This document shows positions 1 to 9,838 of a DNA stretch of 64,000 nucleotides, piece after piece (position 1 is the stretch's first letter; every line of letters begins with the position of its first letter). Origin of the DNA: Candidatus Eiseniibacteriota bacterium (GTDB lineage Bacteria > Eisenbacteria > RBG-16-71-46); assembly GCA_963717505.1 (NCBI GenBank), contig OY970342.1:1728001-1792000 (forward strand), given 5' to 3'. The notes under the pieces were generated by a model. The model ran no database searches. It saw only the letters and a program-made list of their open reading frames with translations, and had not been told where the DNA came from. A program made the position numbers and the translations under genes.

Positions 1-770
1 TCCCGGGGCTTCGTCGTGCTGGTCCGAGTCGACTCCGATCGCCAGCTTGCTCAGCTCGCGCGCGGCTTCGAACACACCGAGGCCAGTCGAGCCCGACGCG
101 TGAAAGATGATATCTGCGCCCTGGTGATACTCAGAGAGTCCGAGTTCTTTGCCTTTGGTCGGATCCTTGAACGCATTCCCCGTCGTGCCGGCGTATTTCA
201 CGAGCACTTTGGTTCCGGGCTTCCCGGCCTCGACCCCGGCGCGATAGCCGGCCTCGAACTTCTTGATCAGCGGAATCTCCATGCCGCCGACGAATCCGAC
301 CGTGCCGGTCTTCGACAACTGCGCGGCCAGCGCGCCGACCAGGAACGAGCCTTCCTCCTCGCGGAACTTGAGCGCGACCAGATTCGGCGGCAGCGACTCG
401 CCCGGCGTTACCGTGTAGTCGACGCACGCGAAGTGAACGTCGGGGAACTCCTTGGCGAGCTGCTTGATGTCGTCGGTGAACAGGAAGCCGACGCCGAACA
501 CCAGCTTGGAGCCGCCGGCGGCGAGCTGGCGCATGCCGGCCTCGCGATCGGCGCCCTCGCCGCTCTCGAGCGTGGTGAAACGAACGCCCAACTCGCGCTC
601 GGCGCGCTCGAGCCCGGCGTAGGCGGCGTCGTTGAACGACTTGTCGCCGCGCCCTCCGACGTCGAACACCAGTCCGACTGGAAACGCGTCGCTCGCGGGC
701 TCCGGGGTGCGCGCACCCGAGCCGCACCCGGCCAGCACGAAGACCAGGCCACGAGCCACAGCGATCTCAT
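1..770 (-). CDS. BMP/PnrA-family ABC transporter substrate-binding lipoprotein (nucleoside-binding type); 3' end outside window; apparent 1-nt deletion near 747
   Basis: Manual translation gives LVFVLAGC lipobox, then [23 protein letters not shown]...[15 protein letters not shown]...[19 protein letters not shown]...[20 protein letters not shown]...AIGVDSDQ, typical of the BMP family. ATG at 770 overlaps the tdk stop (ATGA) but is one base out of frame with the body. Confidence 0.88.
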
Positions 771-1426
771 CGGTGAAGTCTCCTGCCGACGCGCGCGCGC
801 GCGCGCCGCCTCGGCGGACGCGCCACCATGCCGCGCTCGCGCGCCACGGCGGAGGCTGCTCGATCGCCCAGCTCGAAACAACGGCGGCACCGCGCCTCGT
901 ACAGCTCCGAGCCGCCGACCACCACCAGGCCACCGCGCCGCACCTTGCGGTAGGTGCGGTTGGCAGGATTGCCGCACACCACGCAGATCGCGAGCGTCTT
1001 GGTGATGTACTCGGCGATCGCCAGCAGGCGCGGCATCGGTTCGAACGGCCGGCCTTTGTAGTCCTGGTCGAGCCCGGCAACGATCACCCGCTTGCCGCGG
1101 CCGGCGAGCGACTCGCACACCGTCACCAGGTCGTCGCCCAGGAACTGGCCTTCGTCGATGCCGATGACGTCGGCTTCGTCGGCGTGGCGCAGGATCTCGC
1201 GCGCGGTGCGCACCCGCCGCGACGGAATGCGCACGTCGCTGTGCGAGACGATGTGGTCTTCCGCGTAGCGGACGTCGAGCACGGGCTTGAAGATCTCGAC
1301 CGCCTGGCGCGCGATCTGAGCCCGGCGCAAGCGGCGGATCAGCTCCTCGGTCTTGCCGCTGTACATGCTGCCGACGATGACTTCGATCCAGCCCGTGCCG
1401 GGCCGCCGCGGATGAGGTTCGGTCAT
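767..1426 (-). CDS. tdk: Thymidine kinase
   Basis: [15 protein letters not shown]-loop, [19 protein letters not shown]-terminal Zn cysteines CVVC...CRRC. Confidence 0.95.
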   Translation of the reverse strand: MTEPHPRRPGTGWIEVIVGSMYSGKTEELIRRLRRAQIARQAVEIFKPVLDVRYAEDHIVSHSDVRIPSRRVRTAREILRHADEADVIGIDEGQFLGDDLVTVCESLAGRGKRVIVAGLDQDYKGRPFEPMPRLLAIAEYITKTLAICVVCGNPANRTYRKVRRGGLVVVGGSELYEARCRRCFELGDRAASAVARERGMVARPPRRRARARVGRRLHR

Positions 1427-1435
1427 GAACGATGG

Positions 1436-1464
1436 ACGCTAGCCACGCGCGGCGGGGGTGTCAA
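1436..1464 (-). promoter_or_regulatory. Sigma70-type promoter for tdk (near-leaderless)
   Basis: Minus strand TTGACA-N17-TAGCGT, ending 9 nt before the tdk ATG; no SD in between. Confidence 0.65.
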
Positions 1465-1485
1465 CGCTCGATCACCTCGTCCGAA

Positions 1486-2943
1486 CTACCTGGGACCGGG
1501 GAGCTTCACGACGCGCTCCTGTGGCAGGTGGTCGAGGATCGCGCGGATTGCGCGCATGCTGCCCACCCATTGCCCGGCCTGGACGCCGATGCGAAAGCCA
1601 TCCTCGCCGAACAGGTCGACGGATCCGTCCGGGGTGACGACCGCGGCCGCGCACGCTTCGAAGAAGATCGTGATGTCGCCCCCCGGCGGGGAACGCAGAG
1701 TGACGCCGCGCTCGCCGACCGTCAGGCGCGGACCCTTGGACCACGGGAAGCGGACCGTGGCGTGGCGGAACGTCTCGCCTTCGACCGATTCCTCGGACCA
1801 CACCGGATAGGACTTGAACGCGATCGGCTCGGCGCACTCCGGGGGTTGGATCAACAGCGCCGTCTTCATGGCCGAAGTCAGGCGGCGGCCGATCTCGGCC
1901 CCATCGAGCGCTTCGATCTCGGCCTGCATCTCGTCCCACGTCTGTTGCGGGGATCCGAGCAATTCGTTGAATGCCGCGTAACACGCCGAATTCCAGCCCG
2001 CGTCGGGGTCGATCCGCTGGCGGCGGTGGCCCTCGACCACCCGATTCATCTCCTCGGGAGTGGCGCCTTTGCGCGCCACTTCGCGAAGTGAGGCGACCAC
2101 GCCATCGCGCACCGTTTCGGCATTCTCGGGCAGACAGGTGGCCCACAGAGTTACGTGCCCGCGTTCCGCGTCCAACGGCTCGTACATGCCCCGAACGTCG
2201 TAGGTCAGACCTCGCTCGTAGCGGAGGTCCTGGCGCAGACGCGCGGCCGCGATGTCGAACCCGAGCGATAGCCAGTCCCGCCGCGGGACCGCGCACGACA
2301 GGCTGACGGCGCCGCCGCCGCCGCGAAACCAGGTGGGGAACGCGACGTCGGGTATGCCTTTCACCGTCGGTCCCGGCTGGCGCGAGCCGGACGGAAGCGT
2401 CAGGCGCACGCCTGAGAGCGCCGATTCGGACAGCACCAGCGCCGCGTTTCCGGCGGTGAACGATCGCGCCGCCCACGCACGCACCCGCTCGGGATCGGGG
2501 ACCAAGTGCGCCAGCTCGGGCATGCGACGCAATCCGTGTCCGGTGGCGCCGAAGCGCAGCCACAAGTGATCCTCGAGGAATCCGCTGGCAGTCGCCGCGG
2601 CTTCGGTCCGCAAGACCCGCGCCTCGTCCGGCACGCGCGTGTACGGCAGGTCGCCCAACGCCCGCGTCACATGGGTCAGGAATTCCGCGGCCTCCGCTGG
2701 AGTTCCGGTCATGCCGAACTCGGTGGTCAGGCCGGTGACCCGGCCGTTGTAGGAGTACGGCGTGCGCTCGCCGAGCCCGAACAGTCCGAGATGCTCGACC
2801 AGGTGGCTGATTCCGGATTCGACCAGGGTCTCGTCGGCGCGACCGACCCGGAACATCAACAACGCCGAGCAGCGCTCCGGACCGTCTGCGACGAACGTGG
2901 GGACGCCGTCGATCTCGGTTCGTTCGAACCCGTCGGCCGCCAT
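1486..2943 (-). CDS. M16 (insulinase) family metallopeptidase-like protein
   Basis: FRVGRADE...GISHLVEHL (inverted zincin HxxEH) and LRYERGLTY second-half motif; no signal peptide. Confidence 0.75.
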   Translation of the reverse strand: MAADGFERTEIDGVPTFVADGPERCSALLMFRVGRADETLVESGISHLVEHLGLFGLGERTPYSYNGRVTGLTTEFGMTGTPAEAAEFLTHVTRALGDLPYTRVPDEARVLRTEAAATASGFLEDHLWLRFGATGHGLRRMPELAHLVPDPERVRAWAARSFTAGNAALVLSESALSGVRLTLPSGSRQPGPTVKGIPDVAFPTWFRGGGGAVSLSCAVPRRDWLSLGFDIAAARLRQDLRYERGLTYDVRGMYEPLDAERGHVTLWATCLPENAETVRDGVVASLREVARKGATPEEMNRVVEGHRRQRIDPDAGWNSACYAAFNELLGSPQQTWDEMQAEIEALDGAEIGRRLTSAMKTALLIQPPECAEPIAFKSYPVWSEESVEGETFRHATVRFPWSKGPRLTVGERGVTLRSPPGGDITIFFEACAAAVVTPDGSVDLFGEDGFRIGVQAGQWVGSMRAIRAILDHLPQERVVKLPGPR

Positions 2944-2957
2944 GATTCCCCCCAGGC

Positions 2958-3608
2958 TCAGGCTCGTGCGGGGACGGGCTCGACGCCGCGCTCGCGCAAC
3001 AGCTCGCGAATCTTGGTCTTGAGGAGGTCGACCGCGACCCGGTTGTGCCCGCCTTCGGGGACGATCAGGTCGGCCCAGCGCTTCGCGGGCTCGACGAACT
3101 GCAGGTGCATCGGGCGCACGCTCTCTTCGTACTGGCGCACGATGCTGTCGACCGAACGCCCGCGCTCCATCAGGTCGCGTCGCAGGCGGCGGATGAAACG
3201 GACGTCGGGATCGGCGTCGACGTAGAGCTTGATGTCCATCATCGCGCGCAGTTCGGGGTCGGTGAAGATCAGGATGCCCTCGAGCACGATGACCGTGTGT
3301 TCGCCGACCGTGCGGGTCTCCGACAGCCGGCGGTGCTCGGCGTAGTCGTAGATCGGTTGCTCGATCGCGCGACCCTCGAGCAGCTCGCGCACGTGGTGGC
3401 GCAGGAGGTCCTGGTCGAACGCGTCGGGATGGTCGAAGTTTCGCGACTCACGGTCGCGAAACGGCACGTCCTCGAGATTCTTGTAGTAGGAGTCCTGGTC
3501 GATGATCACGACGCGGTCCGACCCGAGGTCGCGCACGATGTTTCGCGCCACCAGAGTTTTGCCCGAGCCGGAGCCGCCCGCGAGGCCGATGAGGATTCGG
3601 CGCGACAC
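2958..3608 (-). CDS. udk: Uridine kinase
   Basis: IGLAGGSGSGKT, IDQDSYYK, NFDHPDAFD, VLEGIL, RRLRRDLMERGR, VRPMHLQFVEP, ADLIVPEGG. Confidence 0.95.
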   Translation of the reverse strand: MSRRILIGLAGGSGSGKTLVARNIVRDLGSDRVVIIDQDSYYKNLEDVPFRDRESRNFDHPDAFDQDLLRHHVRELLEGRAIEQPIYDYAEHRRLSETRTVGEHTVIVLEGILIFTDPELRAMMDIKLYVDADPDVRFIRRLRRDLMERGRSVDSIVRQYEESVRPMHLQFVEPAKRWADLIVPEGGHNRVAVDLLKTKIRELLRERGVEPVPARA

Positions 3609-3614
3609 GGCGGC

Positions 3615-3644
3615 ACGCTAGCACCGGGTCTTGGCGGCGGGCAA
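3615..3644 (-). promoter_or_regulatory. Sigma70-type promoter for udk (leaderless)
   Basis: TTGCCC-N18-TAGCGT with extended -10 (TGcTAGCGT), 6 nt before the GTG start. Confidence 0.55.
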
Positions 3645-3671
3645 AGGATCCCCGGCCCACGGCCTCGCGTA

Positions 3672-5075
3672 CTACTTCCCGGCGCCCTTCTCGGCCATCC
3701 GGTACATGAGCTGCGCCATGTTCGCGGGCGTCGTGAAGTAGTCCGCCCACTGCGCCAGGTTTGGCCGCTCGATCAGGTCGTAGCGGCGCCGGTACTCCCG
3801 CCAGAAGTCTTCGCCGCCCGACAGCTCGCGGGTGGCCGCCGAGGTCGCGAGCGTCATGAGCAGGCCGCGGTCGGTGGCCATGCGCTGGCGCATGTCGCGC
3901 GTCATCGGCCCGCCGATCAGCCAGCGCACGCCGGCCTGGAGCGAGTAAAACTCTTCGGGCCGGATCTGCGACTGGGTCATCGCTAGCATGGCTTCGAGGT
4001 ACGACTCGCGAATGATGCCGATCTCGTAATCACTCGCGGTCACGATCGGATAGATGCGGACCAGTTCGGGGTCGTCGATGATCGAGTACTGGAATCTCGA
4101 AGGGATCACCTTGGTGCGCGGCCAGCGCGCCGAGAACGCCGAGCCGATCATGATCGAATGGAGGAACAGGCTGGGGTGCAAGGTGTCGGACAGCGCCGGG
4201 GTGATGATCCCAATCACGCCGATCGGCTCGTCGAGGTCCGTGCGATCGACCCAGTAGAGGGCGGAATCCGGACGAGCGGGTGAGGTCTGCGCCGGGGCTT
4301 TCCCGGCGGGAATCGCACCGAACTCGCCCTGCAGCACGCGATCGAGGTCGAGGCCGGAGGCCTTGAGGTCGCCGGCCAGGCTGAGCACGGCGTTCGCGGG
4401 CACCAACCACTCGCCCGCCACGCGTCGCAGATCCTCGATCGTGACCTTCTCGATACCGCGGCCCGATGCGTAGCGCTCGGCCCGCGCGTAGCCGCCGGGT
4501 GCCGCGATCTCGCGCACCTGGTAGTAGAGTGCCGAGGCGGGCACGTCTCGATAATTGCGAGCCAGCCGGCCACGCACGTCCGACTGCGTGGCGGCGAGCA
4601 CCTTGGGGGAGATGGTGACGCCGCGCATGCGCAACGCGACCTGGTGCAAGACGCCGGGGAATTGCTGCAGTGACGCGATCTCGGTGAACCGCGTGGCACG
4701 GCGCGTGACTTCCACGTTCCAGCCCATGGGCCGTGCGCTGTCAAGGGCTTGATCATCGCGCTCGGGGATCTCGCCGGCGGCCGCGCGGAACGCGGCATTG
4801 GCGAGCAGGGTGGTCAAACCCTCGCGGCCCTCGGCGTCGTGGTCGGTGCCCAATCCGTAGGCGACCGAGATCGCGATGGCGCCGCATCCGGGGACGTCGC
4901 GGGTGACGACGCGCAGGCCGTTGGTCAGACGGAGGTGGCGAACCACCGTGCCGTCGGGGAGCGAGTCGGGAGCCGTTTGGGCTCGGGCGGCCCGTAGTGC
5001 TTCGGGGTGCGCATGACTGGCGAGCCAGAAGGCCGCGGCCAGGACCGGAATCATTGCCAGGCGAGCGAGCGACAC
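3672..5075 (-). CDS. Exported M16-like protein, probably catalytically inactive
   Basis: GAGGAG SD before GTG 5075; signal-peptide-like N-terminus; LTNGLRVV, EGREGLTTLLANAAF (HxxEH lost), LVPANAVLSLAGD. Confidence 0.7.
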   Translation of the reverse strand: MSLARLAMIPVLAAAFWLASHAHPEALRAARAQTAPDSLPDGTVVRHLRLTNGLRVVTRDVPGCGAIAISVAYGLGTDHDAEGREGLTTLLANAAFRAAAGEIPERDDQALDSARPMGWNVEVTRRATRFTEIASLQQFPGVLHQVALRMRGVTISPKVLAATQSDVRGRLARNYRDVPASALYYQVREIAAPGGYARAERYASGRGIEKVTIEDLRRVAGEWLVPANAVLSLAGDLKASGLDLDRVLQGEFGAIPAGKAPAQTSPARPDSALYWVDRTDLDEPIGVIGIITPALSDTLHPSLFLHSIMIGSAFSARWPRTKVIPSRFQYSIIDDPELVRIYPIVTASDYEIGIIRESYLEAMLAMTQSQIRPEEFYSLQAGVRWLIGGPMTRDMRQRMATDRGLLMTLATSAATRELSGGEDFWREYRRRYDLIERPNLAQWADYFTTPANMAQLMYRMAEKGAGK

Positions 5076-5217
5076 GAATCTCCTCAAGGTCGGGTGCGCG
5101 GGGCACGTTAGGTGGGAGAGCGGGCCGTCGAGTGTACCGCGGCCGACCGGTCGGGCGACAGGGGGCCCGCTGCGGGGGACGCGCAAAGGGGTCACCCCAG
5201 CATAACCTTGCCGCTTC

Positions 5218-5247
5218 TTGACCCCTCGGTGTCGCCGTTCCTATCCT
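5218..5247 (+). promoter_or_regulatory. Sigma70-type promoter for rpiB-add
   Basis: TTGACC-N18-TATCCT, 9 nt before ATG 5257. Confidence 0.55.
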
Positions 5248-5256
5248 CCCGCACCC

Positions 5257-5850
5257 ATGTCCGGCGCCGACGAATCCGAAGTTCGCCGCCTGGTACGCGA
5301 AGCCGTCGACCGCGCGCTTGGTGGTTCCGCCTCTGGCGGCGCTGCGCCACGCCCCGGTCCTCCGCCCGAAGCGCCCTCGTCGCCTTTGCCGGCCGCCGCG
5401 CGCCGCGTCGCACTCGGCAGCGATCACGGCGGCTACGCGCTCAAGGAAGTCCTCAAGCGAGCGATCGCCGACGATACCGACTTCGAAGTGCTCGACTGCG
5501 GCACTCACTCCTCGGAAGCGGTCGACTACCCGGACTTCGCCGCCGCGGTCGCGCGCGAGGTCGCCTCAGGCCGCTGCAGCCGCGGCATCGTCATCGATGC
5601 CGCGGGCATCGGCTCGGCGATGGCGGCCAACAAAGTCGCGGGCGTGCGCTGTGCGGTCTGCCACGACGCCGACAGCGTGGTCAACGCGCGCGAGCACAAC
5701 GACGCCAACGTCATGTCGCTCGGCGCACGCTTCGTGAATCGCGGACTGGCGACGCGTATGGCGCGTCTGTTCCTGACGCTGTCGTTCGCCGGCGGGCGCC
5801 ACGAGCGGCGCGTGCTCAAGATCATGGCACTCGAGCGCGGCAACCGCTGA
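5257..5850 (+). CDS. rpiB: Ribose-5-phosphate isomerase B (RpiB/LacAB family) with N-terminal extension
   Basis: LGSDHGGYALK, VDYPDFA, GIGSAMAANKVAGVR, AREHNDANV, FAGGRHERRV. The usual catalytic Cys of ICGTG reads IDAAG here. Confidence 0.85.
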   Translation: MSGADESEVRRLVREAVDRALGGSASGGAAPRPGPPPEAPSSPLPAAARRVALGSDHGGYALKEVLKRAIADDTDFEVLDCGTHSSEAVDYPDFAAAVAREVASGRCSRGIVIDAAGIGSAMAANKVAGVRCAVCHDADSVVNAREHNDANVMSLGARFVNRGLATRMARLFLTLSFAGGRHERRVLKIMALERGNR

Positions 5851-6923
5851 TGCGCCTGACCCAACGCGTCCTGGCGCGACTGCCCAAGACCGAGCTCCAC
5901 TGCCACCTCGACGGCTGCCTACGCCCCAAGACCGTGCTCGAGCTGGCGCAGGCCCAGGGCGTGAAGCTGCCGACCAACAACCTGCCGCGCCTGACCCGCG
6001 TCCTGCAGGCTGGCCGACGCACCCGCAACCTGGGCGATTACCTCAAGATCTTCGACTACACGCTGGCGGTCATGCAGGAACGCGATGCGCTCTACCGAGT
6101 GGCGCGTGAGCTGGTCGAGGACTCGGCCGCCGAGAACATCCGTCACCTCGAAGTGCGCTACTCGCCGATCCTGCATCGCAAGCGCAAGCTGCCGTACGAG
6201 ACCATCGTCGAGACGGTCACCAAGGGGCTGTACGACGCCGGGCGCAAGCACGGCGTGTCGACCGGCGTCATCATCTGCGGCATCCGGTCGATGAATCCGC
6301 GCTACTCGCTGATGCTCGCCGAGCTGGCGGTTGCCTACAAGAGCAAGGGCGTGCTCGGTTTCGATCTCGCCGGCCAGGAGAAGGACTACCCGGCCAAGGC
6401 GCACCGTGCCGCGTTCCAGCTCGTGATCAAGAACAACGTCAACTCGACGGTGCATGGCGGCGAGGCGTTCGGCCCGGCGAGCATCGCCCAGGCGCTCCAC
6501 TACTGTGGCGCCCATCGCATCGGGCACGGCACGCGCCTGGTCGAGGATCGCGACCTGATGCGCTTCGTCAACGACCACCGGATCCCGCTCGAGGTCTGCC
6601 TGACCTCGAACGTCCAGACCCGCGTCGTACCCAGCATCCAGAAGCACCCGTTCGGTTTCTATTTCAAGGAAGGTCTCCGGGTCACCCTCAACACCGACAA
6701 CCGTCTGATGTCCGCGACCACGGTCACCGCCGAGCTGGCGCTGGCGGCCCGAGCCTTCCACCTGAGCCCCTATGAGGTGCGGCGGATCATCATCAACGGC
6801 TTCAAGAGCGCCTTCCTGCCCTACGCCCAGAAGGCCCGGATGCTGCGCGAGGTCAGTCTGGAGATCGACCGGGTCTTCATGGAGGAGTTCCCGGCCGAGT
6901 ACGACCGCCGGGTGAGCTACTAG
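5850..6923 (+). CDS. add: Adenosine deaminase
   Basis: LPKTELHCHLDG, GFDLAG, TVHGGE, RIGHG, LEVCLTSN, LNTDN; TGATG coupling to rpiB. Confidence 0.93.
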   Translation: MRLTQRVLARLPKTELHCHLDGCLRPKTVLELAQAQGVKLPTNNLPRLTRVLQAGRRTRNLGDYLKIFDYTLAVMQERDALYRVARELVEDSAAENIRHLEVRYSPILHRKRKLPYETIVETVTKGLYDAGRKHGVSTGVIICGIRSMNPRYSLMLAELAVAYKSKGVLGFDLAGQEKDYPAKAHRAAFQLVIKNNVNSTVHGGEAFGPASIAQALHYCGAHRIGHGTRLVEDRDLMRFVNDHRIPLEVCLTSNVQTRVVPSIQKHPFGFYFKEGLRVTLNTDNRLMSATTVTAELALAARAFHLSPYEVRRIIINGFKSAFLPYAQKARMLREVSLEIDRVFMEEFPAEYDRRVSY

Positions 6924-6980
6924 CCCTGCCCTCCGGCCCGCGCCCGACGGGGCGCCGAGTCGGCCCCCCTTCACTATCCC

Positions 6981-7010
6981 TTGACCCCCGGGCCGGGCCC
7001 AGCGTAGCGT
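6981..7010 (+). promoter_or_regulatory. Sigma70-type promoter for the TBDR operon
   Basis: TTGACC-N18-TAGCGT, 38 nt upstream of ATG 7049. Confidence 0.5.
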
Positions 7011-7048
7011 CGCCCATCCCATCTTTCGAGGTTCTCGCCAACACCCCC

Positions 7049-9838
7049 ATGCCCGTCCGATCGACCGCCATAGCATTTGTCATCGCGACACTTGCCGTGC
7101 TCGCCGCCGTCCCGGCGTTCGCGCAGGACCGGGGCTCGATCGCGGGCCGAGTGACCGACAAACGCACCGGGCACGCGGTGCCCTTCGCGACGGTCACGGT
7201 GGTCGGCGCGCAACGCGGTGCGCTGACCGACGCCGAGGGCGAGTTCCTGATTACCGGCGTTCCCGTAGGCACGTGGGAAGTCCGAATCCAGTTCCTCGGC
7301 TACGAGCCCGAATCACGCCCGGGCGTCGTGGTCGAGGTCGGCAAGCCGGCACGCGTGGACCTTCAGCTCAAAGAGGTCGTGGTCCAGCAGGAGAAAGTGG
7401 TCGAGGTCACCGCCGAGCGCCGGCTGGTCGAGGTGAAGCAGGGCGCGACCGTGCGCAGCGTGAGCGCGAGTGAGATCCGCAATCTACCGGTGCAGACGAT
7501 CGGGGAGGTGTTGCAGCAACAGGCGGGGATCAACACGGAAAACGACCAGATCCATGTGCGTGGTGGCCGCGCGGACGAGACGGTGTTCGTGGTCAACGGC
7601 GTCGCCAACCGCGATCTGGTCACCGGTAATTCCACCGCCGGACAACTCAACGCGCGGTCGGTCGCCGAGGTCAACGTCGCGACCGGCGCCTACGACGTCC
7701 GCTACGGCAACGCGATTTCTGGAGTGGTCGAGGTGCGGCTCAAGGAAGGCAGCGATCGTTTCATGGGTGGATTGACGCTGACCTCGGGACACTATGGGGG
7801 CCGCGCGTTCCAGGCGGTGATCGGCGGGCCCGACCCGATCTTCGGCCGGCTCGGGCGCGCGCTCGGACTCAAGGGCTCGTGGTCTTCGATCGTCGACGTT
7901 TCCGGCAACGCGTACCAGACGCGTTTCCTGAGCAGCATTCCCGGCTGGGCGCCCGGGCTGTTCGACTCGGATCCGCGCGATCGGCCCCGGTTGCGCTCGA
8001 CCTACGAGGACTCGTTCTTCGGCCAGAACTTCACCTACGGCGATTTCTTCACGCCCGCGGCCGACAATCGCTGGGCCGCGCGCTACGGATTGACCTGGAA
8101 GCCGAACGAACGCGACAAGTGGTCGTTCAACTTCTCGAAGCGAATCGCGGTCGATCAGGGATTCAGCCGCACGTTCATCAACGCCCAGGGCGATATCCAG
8201 GACCCGTCCTATCCGTGGATCTGGGACCATCGGATCCCCAACGCCGCGACCATCTTCGAGGACAACGTCCAGTCGTCGATCGAGTGGCGGCGCACGTTGT
8301 CGACCACCGGATATACCTCGGCGCAGTTGTCGCGTTACTTCTTCGCCCAGCGCCAGGACGTCGAGGCCCAGCTGTGGCCCGACTACGAGCGGCCCGACGA
8401 CATCGGATCGTATCCGGACTCCCTCGATCCGCGGCGCGACGACTACTTCTTGGACTCGGGTGACGACGACACCTGGCAGGATCGACGCACCGAAACCTGG
8501 GGCCTGCAGTGGGGTCTGACCCAGCGGATGAAGCGCCACGAGATCGAGGTCGGCTTCGAGCACCAGCTCCAGTCGGTGCAATACGTCACCATCGAGGAGC
8601 CGTGGATCGCCGATCCTGACGGTCTCGGCAACGCGCACGATTTGTGGCAGGTCCACCCCTGGGTCGGCAACCTGTATGCCCGGGACCGGCTCGAATTCGA
8701 AGGATTCACCGCCAACGTCGGGCTCCGCCTCGACTACTGGTTCCTGGGTCGCGAGGTCGAACAGGCGCTGGCCGACACCGCCAATCGCAACATTACGTCC
8801 GACACGCGCGACGAGTTCTACGCCGACACCTACTCGTTCTTCGGACGGCGCTACAAGTTCCACGTGTCGCCGCGCATCATCGTCGCGCATCCGATCACCG
8901 AGAACAGCAGCTTCTTCTTCAACTACGGCGAGTTCACGCAGATTCCGTCCTATCGCTACGTCTACTCCAAGTTGACCTCGGTCTCGAGCGAGTCGTTCCC
9001 GCTCAACGGCAATCCGAACCTGAATCCGCAGATCTCGGTCAACTACGAACTGGGCGCCAAGCACCAGTTCATGCCGACTGCCGCGGCCAATATTTCGTTC
9101 TTCGTCAAAGACGTCTACGACTACCCGACCGCGACCGAGTTCGACGTCTCGGGCGGGACTACGGGCGAGCCGGTGCCGATCTTCGCGTACCTGAACGGGC
9201 ATTACGCGCGCTCGAAGGGATTCGAGATCGAAGTCGAGAAGCGCCGCTCGAACTACTGGTCGGGCAAGGTCACGTACACGTTCCAGCAGATCAAGGGTAA
9301 GAGCAGCGATCCCAACGAGCAGAAGTTCATCCAGACCCAGGGTGGCGCTTCCGAGGAGCGGCTGACCGAGACCCTGGTGCGCTGGAACCGCCCGCACAAA
9401 GTGTCGGCATCGTTCGACCTGCGCTTCGACCACCAGACACCCTCGCGGTGGCTCCGGCAGTGGGGGCTCAACGTGTTCGTTCAGGGCCTGTCGGGACGGC
9501 CTTACACCCCGGCCAACGAGCGCGGCGATGCCTCGGCGGCCCCCAACTCGAAGAACGCGAAGTTCCAGACGACCACCGACCTTCGCATCAACCGTTGGTT
9601 CCAGCTCGGCAAGCAGAGGCTCGACCTCAGCCTGGCGGCGACCAATGTATTCAATGCCTACGTCATCTACCGCGTGGATCCGATGACCGGCCTCGGCCGG
9701 GTCTGGGGCGAAGGTTCCTACGATCCCGGCAACCCGTTCCTCGACGTCAACGACTACGTGCGCACCTCACAGGTCGACGATCCGTCGAACTACGGGCCTG
9801 GATCACAGTGGCGATTGTCGGTGGACTATGACTTCTAG
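7049..9838 (+). CDS. TonB-dependent receptor with N-terminal carboxypeptidase-regulatory-like domain
   Basis: Signal peptide (AFA-Q), GSIAGRVTD...TDAEGEF domain, plug motif IHVRGGRADETVFVVNG...YGNAISGVV, GNPNLNPQ, C-terminal aromatic YDF. Confidence 0.92.
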   Translation: MPVRSTAIAFVIATLAVLAAVPAFAQDRGSIAGRVTDKRTGHAVPFATVTVVGAQRGALTDAEGEFLITGVPVGTWEVRIQFLGYEPESRPGVVVEVGKPARVDLQLKEVVVQQEKVVEVTAERRLVEVKQGATVRSVSASEIRNLPVQTIGEVLQQQAGINTENDQIHVRGGRADETVFVVNGVANRDLVTGNSTAGQLNARSVAEVNVATGAYDVRYGNAISGVVEVRLKEGSDRFMGGLTLTSGHYGGRAFQAVIGGPDPIFGRLGRALGLKGSWSSIVDVSGNAYQTRFLSSIPGWAPGLFDSDPRDRPRLRSTYEDSFFGQNFTYGDFFTPAADNRWAARYGLTWKPNERDKWSFNFSKRIAVDQGFSRTFINAQGDIQDPSYPWIWDHRIPNAATIFEDNVQSSIEWRRTLSTTGYTSAQLSRYFFAQRQDVEAQLWPDYERPDDIGSYPDSLDPRRDDYFLDSGDDDTWQDRRTETWGLQWGLTQRMKRHEIEVGFEHQLQSVQYVTIEEPWIADPDGLGNAHDLWQVHPWVGNLYARDRLEFEGFTANVGLRLDYWFLGREVEQALADTANRNITSDTRDEFYADTYSFFGRRYKFHVSPRIIVAHPITENSSFFFNYGEFTQIPSYRYVYSKLTSVSSESFPLNGNPNLNPQISVNYELGAKHQFMPTAAANISFFVKDVYDYPTATEFDVSGGTTGEPVPIFAYLNGHYARSKGFEIEVEKRRSNYWSGKVTYTFQQIKGKSSDPNEQKFIQTQGGASEERLTETLVRWNRPHKVSASFDLRFDHQTPSRWLRQWGLNVFVQGLSGRPYTPANERGDASAAPNSKNAKFQTTTDLRINRWFQLGKQRLDLSLAATNVFNAYVIYRVDPMTGLGRVWGEGSYDPGNPFLDVNDYVRTSQVDDPSNYGPGSQWRLSVDYDF

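Noticed and set aside
7484-9433. Long antisense or alternate-frame ORFs (also 36724-39180 minus, 41535-44027 plus, 15423-17264 minus and many others)
   Set aside because: Shadow ORFs expected at high GC; they overlap well-supported genes and have no recognisable motifs.
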